DNA from: Promethearchaeota archaeon
GTDB taxonomy: Archaea > Asgardarchaeota > Lokiarchaeia > Sigyniarchaeales > SOKP01
Reading direction: 5' to 3'
Length of the DNA: 64,000 nt
NCBI GenBank assembly: GCA_048940925.1
Contig: JBHLOC010000025.1
Coordinates: 6,016 to 70,015, forward strand
Position 1 is the stretch's first letter; each line of letters starts with the position of its first letter. Positions 56,866 to 64,000 of the stretch are shown one piece after another. Position numbers and translations under genes: made by a program. Below the pieces are notes generated by a model, which made no database searches, was not told the origin of the DNA, and was given only the letters and a program-made list of their open reading frames with translations.

Positions 56866-57993
56866 ATGAAAAAAATTAGATATAAAGATTATTATAATAA
56901 AGTTTTTGGAGCATGGTTAGGAAGAGTTGTGGGAGATTTTATTGGAGCTCCCGTAGAATTAAGCTCACATGATAAGATAAAAGAAAAGTATGGAGAAATT
57001 ACAGATTATATTGAACCTATAGATTTAACTCAGGTAAATGATGATGAAATGTATGAAATCATTGCTTTAATAGCTTTAGAAAAATATGGTATTGAAGTTA
57101 AAGCAGAACAAATTGCCTTAGAATGGGTTAATCTCCTCAATAGAGAAGATATGGTGTTTACTGCTGAAAAAATTGCATTAAATAATCTCAAAGCTCAAAT
57201 TAAACCTCCTCAATCAGGTACTTTAAATAATGTCTATTTTGACTTTATAGGTGCCCAAATGAGAGCGGATATTTGGGGTTTGATAACACCTGGTTGTCCT
57301 GATCTTGCAAAACATTATGCTGAACTCGATGGATCAATCTCTCATGCAGGGATAGGAATAGAAGGAGAAATCTTTATTGCTGTTCTAATTTCTCAAGCTT
57401 TCTTTGAAGAAAACATTAGGCAGAATATTAATAAAGCTCTTCAATATATTTCCCCTGAACAGGATAGTTTATATACTCAAATGGTCAAAAAATCACTTGA
57501 GATCTATGAGACCTATCCTAATGATTTCAGAACAGCAAGGAATATTTTAATAAGAGAATATTGGTTGACAGAAGTATTAGAAGAGGTAATTAATAGTTCT
57601 ACTATTCTACCTATCGAAAGAAGGATTTTACTGAACACTCGTATTGGAAGTGTTCATGTATTACCTAATATTGGGATTATTATATTATCACTTTTATATG
57701 GCGTTCAAGATCAGAATGATCCTTTTGGGAGATCGATATGTGTAGCGGCCATGATGGGTTATGATACTGATTGTAATTGTGGAAATATTGGTGCAATTAT
57801 GGGTGTTCAGCTAGGTGCTGATAAGATCCCTGCAAAATGGAAAGATCCATTGCAAGATACTTTCACTACATACGTAGAAGGATATGAAAAATGGAAAATC
57901 TCTGAATTAGCTCAAAGAATAGTAAATGTAGGAGAAAAAGTTATTCATAATAAAGCAATAGAGAGAATTAGTATTAATAAAAAAGATAATTAA
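56866..57993 (+). CDS. ADP-ribosylglycohydrolase family protein
   Basis: GAWLGRVVGDFIGAPVE near the N-terminus and GYDTDCNCGNIGAIMG near the C-terminus (the two metal-binding motifs of the family). Confidence 0.8.
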   Translation: MKKIRYKDYYNKVFGAWLGRVVGDFIGAPVELSSHDKIKEKYGEITDYIEPIDLTQVNDDEMYEIIALIALEKYGIEVKAEQIALEWVNLLNREDMVFTAEKIALNNLKAQIKPPQSGTLNNVYFDFIGAQMRADIWGLITPGCPDLAKHYAELDGSISHAGIGIEGEIFIAVLISQAFFEENIRQNINKALQYISPEQDSLYTQMVKKSLEIYETYPNDFRTARNILIREYWLTEVLEEVINSSTILPIERRILLNTRIGSVHVLPNIGIIILSLLYGVQDQNDPFGRSICVAAMMGYDTDCNCGNIGAIMGVQLGADKIPAKWKDPLQDTFTTYVEGYEKWKISELAQRIVNVGEKVIHNKAIERISINKKDN

Positions 57994-58189
57994 CTCCTAG
58001 TTTATTTGTATTATCTTTTAATTAAGAAATAAATGTAAAATTTGTAGGTATAGATAGTATTTTAACAATTTTAGCCTTTAAAATGGTTATTACAAAGTTT
58101 AAAGTTTTTATACAGAAACAGTATAAAGTTTATTATATTACTTAAATTTTGAATTGATAATTTTAATAATAGTACCTGTATGAATAAAA

Positions 58190-59344
58190 ATGATACATAC
58201 TAAATTCCAAGAAATTATCGGGACTAAATATCCCATTATACAGGCAGGTATGGGACCTTACGCAACAACTAAATTATGCACCGCAGTAGCCAAAGAAGGT
58301 GGACTAGGTTTAATCTCAACCATAGGTATGGCAGGATATGACGTGAATTTTATTCCAGAAGAAGACCGTAAGTTTGAATTCGGAGTGGGGGGGAGTCCCA
58401 AAAATATTCTCAAGCAAACAATACGGTATGTTTATGAAAACCTTAAAAATCATCCCGAAGCTGTATTTGGCATCAATGTTCCATATGCTAAGGAGTTTAT
58501 TGCACCATCAAAGCAATTTCTGACAGCTGTAGTGGAGCTTTTTGAAGAAATACCAAAATTAAAGAGTCAATTGAAAGTCCTTGTAACGTCAGCTGGTGAT
58601 CCGCTTCCTTGGGCTATTGATGCGAAGGAAAAGGGATCTAAAAGATCATATTTTGAAATTAAGAAAGAAATTCCTTCAATAATTTGGTGTCAAGTATGCC
58701 CAAATGTTCGAGGAGCAAAGAGAGCTGAAAGAGCTGGTGTAGACATAGTTATTGCTTCAGGTAGGGAAGGAGGTGCTCATTGTGCATGGAGAGATACATC
58801 TTCAATAGTTCTTCTTCCAGAAGTAGTTAGAGCTGTCAATTTACCTGTAGTTGGTGCTGGAGGATTCTCGGATGGAGCTTCATTAGCTGCAGCACTCACT
58901 TTGGGGGCTATAGGTATTCAAATGGGTACCCGATTCATTGCAACTCAAGAATCTGATTTTGAACAAATGTGGAAAGAACAACTAGTAAAAGCTACGGAAT
59001 TTGACACAATTATTGCCAGAGGAATGTTTGGTCCCATGCGATTTTTAATTAATCCAGCCTCTCTGGATGTTGTTAATGAAACGATTAGGGGAGCTTCAGA
59101 CCTATATCGTGGGAAACCTTGTCCTACAACAGAAGAAATATTTAACTTAGAAATGCAAGGCTTTAAAAAACTCGTTGAAGAGGATGAAAATGGAAGTCTT
59201 ATGAATGCGGGTGTTGTTACTGGTAGAATTCACTCGATTCCAACTGTTCATGAGCTAATTCAAAATATAATGACTGAAGCAGAAGAAATTATATTAAACT
59301 TACCTAAAAAAGTTATAAAAGAAGAATCTGTAATTTTGGAGTGA
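58190..59344 (+). CDS. NMO/FabK-family FMN oxidoreductase, second copy
   Basis: IGTKYPIIQAGMG, GREGGAH, GAGGFSDGASLAAALTLGAIGIQMGTRF. Confidence 0.8.
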   Translation: MIHTKFQEIIGTKYPIIQAGMGPYATTKLCTAVAKEGGLGLISTIGMAGYDVNFIPEEDRKFEFGVGGSPKNILKQTIRYVYENLKNHPEAVFGINVPYAKEFIAPSKQFLTAVVELFEEIPKLKSQLKVLVTSAGDPLPWAIDAKEKGSKRSYFEIKKEIPSIIWCQVCPNVRGAKRAERAGVDIVIASGREGGAHCAWRDTSSIVLLPEVVRAVNLPVVGAGGFSDGASLAAALTLGAIGIQMGTRFIATQESDFEQMWKEQLVKATEFDTIIARGMFGPMRFLINPASLDVVNETIRGASDLYRGKPCPTTEEIFNLEMQGFKKLVEEDENGSLMNAGVVTGRIHSIPTVHELIQNIMTEAEEIILNLPKKVIKEESVILE

Positions 59345-59350
59345 TTAAAA

Positions 59351-60664
59351 ATGAAAGAATTAAAAGAATGTGTGGTTATTGATGCTGTTCGAACTCCAGT
59401 AGGAAAATCAAGTAGAGCTCAAATGAGGAAGCTTGGAGGCGCATTTAGAGAATATTCTGCTCAGGATTTATTGGTTGATGTTATAAAGTCTATTGTTGAT
59501 CGAACAAAAGAAAAATGTCCAGATTTTGATCCTAAAGAAATTGAAGATTGCCATGTGGGTTGCTTATCGCAACTGGGGGAACAAGGAGGTAATATCGCAA
59601 GAATCGCACTTTTATTAGCGGGATTACCTTACGAAATAGCAGGAGCAACTGTGAATCGATACTGTAATGCAGGACTTCAAGCAATTAATACAGTAGCTAA
59701 TGCCATAAAAGTAGGTGATGGTGATATTTGTATAGCAGCGGGTGTGGAGTCGATGACCCATTATGCCATGGGTTCAGATATGCAAATACCTGGAATGATC
59801 CCCAACTATCCCGTATTTATGTCTCCAGGATGGGCTAATGAACCTTTACGAAGTATTGTGCCTCAAGGGGTTTCTTCAGAGATGATTAGCGATAAATATG
59901 GTTTTACACGAGAAGAGTTGGATAAATTTGGTGTGTGGAGTCATCAAAAAGCTACTAAAGCAATACGTAATGAAGAAGAGTATTTCAAACGTGTGATACC
60001 AGTTACTTATGAGAAAAGGTATACCGATGAAAATATGAAACCATTAATAAACGAATCCACTGGAAAGCAAAAAGTTGAGGAGGTTACAATTACAAAAGAT
60101 CAAACTGTACGAGAGATATATCTTGATGATCCAGAAAAAGGTTGGGAAATGATAAGTAATCTGAAACCAGTATTCAGACCTGCTGAAAAAGGAGGTAAAA
60201 CTACTGCTGGAAATTCATCGCAGATCGTTGATGGAGCTGCAGCAACCTTGTTAATGTCTCGAGAGAAAGCAGATGAGCTTGGATTAAAACCAATGGTGAG
60301 AATACTTTCTTCTGCTGTTGCGGGAGGAGAACCCATTATCATGTTGTTAGCACCAATCCCTGCTATGAGAAAAGCATTAGAACGTGCTGATCTCACAATT
60401 GATGATATGGATGTAATAGAACCTAATGAAGCATTCGCAAGCCCATGTTTAGCATTTGCAAAAGATTTTGGATATGAATTTGATGATCCCAGAGTCAATC
60501 CTACAGGAGGTGCAATCGCGATAGGTCATCCTATCGGGGCAAGTGGAGTAATCTATTTTACTGAAATGGTTAATTACATGAAAAATTACAATAAAAAGTA
60601 CGGTGTGCAATTAATGTGTGGTGGTTTTGGCGTAGGAATCTCCACAGTAGTCGAAGCTCTTTAA
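59351..60664 (+). CDS. Thiolase (acetyl-CoA C-acyltransferase family)
   Basis: VNRYCNAGLQAI (nucleophilic Cys), NPTGGAIAIGHPIGASG and CGGFGVGIS. 6 nt after the preceding NMO gene. Confidence 0.9.
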   Translation: MKELKECVVIDAVRTPVGKSSRAQMRKLGGAFREYSAQDLLVDVIKSIVDRTKEKCPDFDPKEIEDCHVGCLSQLGEQGGNIARIALLLAGLPYEIAGATVNRYCNAGLQAINTVANAIKVGDGDICIAAGVESMTHYAMGSDMQIPGMIPNYPVFMSPGWANEPLRSIVPQGVSSEMISDKYGFTREELDKFGVWSHQKATKAIRNEEEYFKRVIPVTYEKRYTDENMKPLINESTGKQKVEEVTITKDQTVREIYLDDPEKGWEMISNLKPVFRPAEKGGKTTAGNSSQIVDGAAATLLMSREKADELGLKPMVRILSSAVAGGEPIIMLLAPIPAMRKALERADLTIDDMDVIEPNEAFASPCLAFAKDFGYEFDDPRVNPTGGAIAIGHPIGASGVIYFTEMVNYMKNYNKKYGVQLMCGGFGVGISTVVEAL

Positions 60665-60692
60665 ATTACTTATTAATTCTCAACCAATAATA

Positions 60693-60706
60693 TTTCTTTT
60701 TTTTTT
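60693..60706 (+). terminator. Oligo-T stretch after the thiolase gene
   Basis: TTTCTTTTTTTTTT about 30 nt after the stop codon. Confidence 0.3.
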
Positions 60707-60861
60707 CAATATAATTTCAGAATTTTTTGCTAAAGCTTGTTTTACTGCTTTGAATCTTACATCATAAAAACTATGAATTTCTAGTTCTTAATCAATCACT
60801 TAAGATTCTTCTTAAAATTTTATAAAATTAACAATATATAAAAAAAAAAGATTGATTTTGC

Positions 60862-62868
60862 TTATTTCTTTTTTGGCTTAAATATAATTGATGGTTTTGC
60901 AGTGGAGGAATATAAAAATCCTGAGGATTCTCGTATATCTCCATACTTTGATTTTAATTCCTCCAAAGTTCCAGAATCGAGAGCACGGGCATAACATGCC
61001 TCCACACAAATGGGTTGTTTGCCAATATCAAACCGATCTACACAATAATTACACTTTTGCATTTTAGTAATTTCTCCATCTGCAAACTGAGGTGCTGAAT
61101 AAGGGCATACATCTTTACATAAATGTCCTGCACAATTAAGACATCTCTCAGCTTCATTGATTGCAGCTTCTTCATTAAACCCTAAGCTTACTTCATTAAA
61201 ATTTGAGACTCTTTCAGATGGAGACAGAAGTGGCATAGTTTGACGCTCTTTTTTCTCAATTTCTGGAGGAATATCTACTTTTATTTTAGATGCTTCAATT
61301 ATTGAGCTCTGTCTAACTCGAAGTACATCACATTGAAGAAAGCGATGGATATGAGAAGCAGCTTTTTGACCACTTGCTATAGCATCAATAATACTAGCTA
61401 CTCCACTAAAACAATCTCCAGCCACAAATACACCTTTGTTGTCGACCATTAATGTTTCCGGATCTGCTGTTATAGTTCCCATTTTCCCAATCTTTATTTC
61501 ACTTGAGCTACTAATATCAGGTATCTGACCAATTGCAAAAATAACGGTATCTGCTTCTAGTGTAAGTTCCTTATCACTAACCACATCAAAGTGTGCTTCT
61601 CCATCTTCATCAAATGTGCATCCTGAGATTTCAAGACATCCCACTCCGCAAACTTTCCCATTATTACTAATAATCTTTGTGAAAGTACGCGAATCATATA
61701 TCTGAATTCCCTCCTCACGAGCTTGTTCAACCTCTGAGGCTTCCGCGGGCATATCATCACAACATTCAAGACAAGTTACTCCTACTTCAGAGGCACCAAG
61801 ACGACGGGCAGTACGAGCGCAATCCATAGCAACATTACCTCCCCCAATTACAAGAACTTTATCACCGAGTTTAATTTCTTTACCTAGATTGACATCTCGC
61901 ATGAATGAAGTCCCTACTAGTGTTCCTTCTAAATCAGCACCAGGAATTTCAAGTTTCTTTCCTTTATGAGCCCCTATCGCTACTAGCACAGCACCATAAC
62001 CTTGTTTGAAAAGGTCATCTAATCCTTGGTTTAGATCAATTGGAGTATTTATTTTGATTTCAACTCCAAGTCCTTTAATGTAATCAATATCCCTGTTGAG
62101 AATATCACGTGGTAAGCGATGTTCTGGGATACCTACTGATAACATACCACCAACTTTAGATAATGTTTCAAAGATAGTAACTTCATACCCTAATCTTATT
62201 AAATCGTAAGCAGCCGCTAAACCAGCAGGGCCAGAGCCAATAATAGCTACTTTTTCTGATTGTGTTTGCGGAAGGCGTTTTGGAATTTCCACATGTACAT
62301 TATCAGCAACAAAACCTTTAAGTGCCTCAATAGCAATCGCTTGATCTACATCTTTTCGAGCACATACTTCTTCGCAAGGGTGAAGGCAAACTCGACCACA
62401 TACAGAAGGTAATGGCATCCTTCGTCTGATTAAATCCAAAGATTCCTTAAATTTACCTTTAGCTATCAATGCAATATATGCAGGAATATGAAGATGAACT
62501 GGGCATGCTACTTGACATGGTGCTTGAGATTCTCCATATGAGTAATCAAAGCCTATAGCTTCTTTTGATATTATACCACAAACATGTTCTTCACGACATT
62601 TATCTTTATCAACAATAACAATCCCATCTTCCTCTCGCTTACTAATTGCTTCATTAGGACAAATATAGGAACATACTGGTTCTTCACAATGATAACAGTT
62701 TGCAATGAGATAACTCGCAAAAACATTCGGAAATGGACCTTCTTCTTGATATTGAATCCTCATCCATGAAGCTAGACCTGCCGGTTGATCATGCCAGTCT
62801 TTACAAGCTATTCTACAGGCATTACAACCTGTACACCTTGTTTGATCAAAATAAAATCCTACTTGCAT
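60862..62868 (-). CDS. DmsB-like four-cluster Fe-S subunit with an inserted GltD/NfnB-like NAD(P)H flavoprotein module
   Basis: The N-terminus MQVGFYFDQTRCTGCNACRIACKDW..CYHCEEPVCSYICP..IVIVDKDKC and the C-terminus CLNCAGHLCKDVCPYSAPQF..KCNYCVDRFDIGKQPICVEACYARAL..LEELKSKYGD align with E. coli DmsB end to end. Between them lie ~480 aa of GltD-like sequence (CQVACP, VCGRVCLHPCEEVC, VAIIGSGPAGLAAAYDL, GGGNVAMDCAR). Confidence 0.8.
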   Translation of the reverse strand: MQVGFYFDQTRCTGCNACRIACKDWHDQPAGLASWMRIQYQEEGPFPNVFASYLIANCYHCEEPVCSYICPNEAISKREEDGIVIVDKDKCREEHVCGIISKEAIGFDYSYGESQAPCQVACPVHLHIPAYIALIAKGKFKESLDLIRRRMPLPSVCGRVCLHPCEEVCARKDVDQAIAIEALKGFVADNVHVEIPKRLPQTQSEKVAIIGSGPAGLAAAYDLIRLGYEVTIFETLSKVGGMLSVGIPEHRLPRDILNRDIDYIKGLGVEIKINTPIDLNQGLDDLFKQGYGAVLVAIGAHKGKKLEIPGADLEGTLVGTSFMRDVNLGKEIKLGDKVLVIGGGNVAMDCARTARRLGASEVGVTCLECCDDMPAEASEVEQAREEGIQIYDSRTFTKIISNNGKVCGVGCLEISGCTFDEDGEAHFDVVSDKELTLEADTVIFAIGQIPDISSSSEIKIGKMGTITADPETLMVDNKGVFVAGDCFSGVASIIDAIASGQKAASHIHRFLQCDVLRVRQSSIIEASKIKVDIPPEIEKKERQTMPLLSPSERVSNFNEVSLGFNEEAAINEAERCLNCAGHLCKDVCPYSAPQFADGEITKMQKCNYCVDRFDIGKQPICVEACYARALDSGTLEELKSKYGDIRESSGFLYSSTAKPSIIFKPKKK

Positions 62869-62870
62869 AT

Positions 62871-64000
62871 CTAGTCACCCTCCTTTTCCAATTTAACTTG
62901 AACTAAGCAAGTTTTCAACGCTGCAGCACCTCCCTCAGCCATAGCATCCTTAGTTAAGGTATTTGCACAACCTCCCCTATCAATTCCATTCTCATCAGGA
63001 TTATACCAAGCACCCTCATAAATGCAAACTACTCCAGGTATAATTCTTTTTGTTACAAAAGCCTCAATCGCTACAGTTCCTCTATCATTAAAGACTAAAC
63101 ACATATCACCATTTCTAACACTGCGAGGTTCAGCGTCAATAGGATTTATCCACATTCGGTGTGGAATTGCTTCCATAAGCCATTCAATCTTATATAGTTC
63201 TGAATGGACTCTCTGCCTTGGATGAGGCGAAATTAATTGAAGTGGATATTTTTCTGCTAACGGATCATCACGATTCTCCCATGTTGGTACATATTTCGCA
63301 ATAGGAGGACAAAGAGGATTATTCCAACTAGCAATTTGATCAGAATAGATTTCAATCTTCCCCGAAGGTGTTGGGAAAGGATTGTTTTCAAAATCATCTA
63401 TATTCTTCTTGAATGCAATATAAGGTTCTTCAAGTTCAATTCTATGGATCCCTTCTCTTTTATACTTATCATAATCTTTTATGTTTGTTCGTAGATCTTG
63501 TGCCATAATAGTGAATAAACGAAGCCATTTATCATTAATTTCATCATATTTATCTATAAGTCCTTTCGCGGGAGCAAGTTGGGGATTTTTTAAAAATTGT
63601 TCAAGAACTTCCTCTCTCTTAAAGTTCTTAATCCCTAATCTTTCAGCTAATTCCTCTGCTATTTGTATATCATCCTTACATTCACCTATAGGCTCGATTG
63701 CTTTATTCATGTGACCAAAGTAAGGTCCTGAAGGCCAAGGTCTTGTAAGATCGCTCCTTGTCGGAAAACCAGTTACTGGAAGGACGATATCAGCATATTG
63801 AGCAGTGGGTGTTAACCATAGTTCTGGTACTACTGTAAACAAATCCTCTCGGCTCATAGCTTTTGCTGATTTATTTACATTTCCTGTCTGATTTAGGAAA
63901 TCGCATACGCAGAACCAGGCAAATTTTATATCTGCAGGATACCCTCCAGATTTTCCTTTAAGAATTGCATCAAAAATCTTATTTACATGCATTCTGGTAT
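62871..64000 (-). CDS. DmsA-like molybdopterin/tungstopterin oxidoreductase catalytic subunit, C-terminal part (gene continues beyond the window)
   Basis: PLQLISPHPRQRVHS, MWINPIDAEPRSVRNGDMCLVFNDRGTVAIEAFVTKRIIPGVVCIYEGAWYNPD and GGCANTLT match the DMSO-reductase-family C-terminal domains. The frame is open to the window edge. The stop lies 2 nt before the Fe-S subunit ATG. Confidence 0.85.
   Translation of the reverse strand, partial: TRMHVNKIFDAILKGKSGGYPADIKFAWFCVCDFLNQTGNVNKSAKAMSREDLFTVVPELWLTPTAQYADIVLPVTGFPTRSDLTRPWPSGPYFGHMNKAIEPIGECKDDIQIAEELAERLGIKNFKREEVLEQFLKNPQLAPAKGLIDKYDEINDKWLRLFTIMAQDLRTNIKDYDKYKREGIHRIELEEPYIAFKKNIDDFENNPFPTPSGKIEIYSDQIASWNNPLCPPIAKYVPTWENRDDPLAEKYPLQLISPHPRQRVHSELYKIEWLMEAIPHRMWINPIDAEPRSVRNGDMCLVFNDRGTVAIEAFVTKRIIPGVVCIYEGAWYNPDENGIDRGGCANTLTKDAMAEGGAAALKTCLVQVKLEKEGD

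Noticed and set aside
1707-63714. Many 60-140-aa ORFs in the track lying antisense to or inside large, well-supported genes. Examples: 4456, 4924, 5632, 7020, 8003, 10233, 10788, 15010, 16592, 18286, 18674, 19596, 24039, 28869, 29875, 30171, 30444, 30612, 32008, 32587, 34036, 34471, 37361, 39499, 39609, 40658, 41127, 47577, 49239, 51076, 52253, 52566, 53112, 54042, 56665, 60100, 61557, 62584, 63022, 63481.
   Set aside because: They overlap genes with strong family signatures, have skewed or low-complexity composition and show no recognisable motifs. They are expected shadow ORFs in a low-GC genome.
1-64000. Searched for CRISPR arrays, tRNA/rRNA genes, transposases, integrases, toxin-antitoxin pairs and recognisable defence systems.
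   Set aside because: I saw no regularly spaced direct repeats beyond the two-copy repeats listed, and no GC-rich cloverleaf-like or rRNA-like islands in the spacers. No ORF carries transposase, integrase, nuclease or defence-type motifs. A covariance-model scan (tRNAscan-SE, Infernal) would be needed for certainty.

Overview
This is an AT-rich archaeal chromosomal window. Gene content points to an Asgard/Lokiarchaeia-like genome: a Rab-like small GTPase, a methanogen-type split glutamate synthase, HdrB/HdrC and FrhB modules, oligo-T stretches after genes, and GGAGG/GGTGA-type ribosome-binding sites. I found no rRNA, tRNA, CRISPR array, transposase or integrase.

The window is mostly a nitrogen/glutamine 'island' (about 6-52 kb). 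It contains:
- glutamate dehydrogenase
- an NfnA-like protein plus a large wHTH-ferredoxin-FrhB-GltD fusion
- GMP synthase and oligoendopeptidase F
- a three-gene split GOGAT preceded by an HdrB-HdrC fusion gene
- two divergent glutamine synthetases
- Amt-GlnK, an Lrp/AsnC regulator and an RHH protein
- glutamine-dependent NAD synthetase
- CarAB followed by a stand-alone RAM-domain protein
- peptide ABC-transporter parts and a heterodimeric ABC exporter

The right end (53-64 kb) carries an acyl-CoA-type cluster: 3-hydroxyacyl-CoA dehydrogenase, two NMO/FabK-like flavoenzymes, a thiolase, a PanE-like reductase and an ADP-ribosylglycohydrolase. It is followed by a DmsA-like molybdo/tungstoenzyme gene, truncated by the window edge. 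Its DmsB-like Fe-S subunit has a whole GltD-like NAD(P)H flavoprotein module inserted into it.

Most interesting observations:
1. The HdrBC-GOGAT operon, including an apparent 1-nt defect right after the HdrB start codon.
2. The FrhB-GltD/NfnA pair.
3. The DmsB::GltD chimera.
4. A diverged duplicate of the last ~16-22 codons of glnA, lying 0.8 kb downstream of the gene and forming a mini-ORF with its own ribosome-binding site.
5. Paralogous zinc-ribbon proteins placed just upstream of both GOGAT and GS.
6. Decayed gene relics with in-frame stops in several spacers.
7. A candidate C/D-box sRNA.

All functional calls come from reading the translated ORFs by eye (motifs and remembered family sequences). 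No database search was possible.
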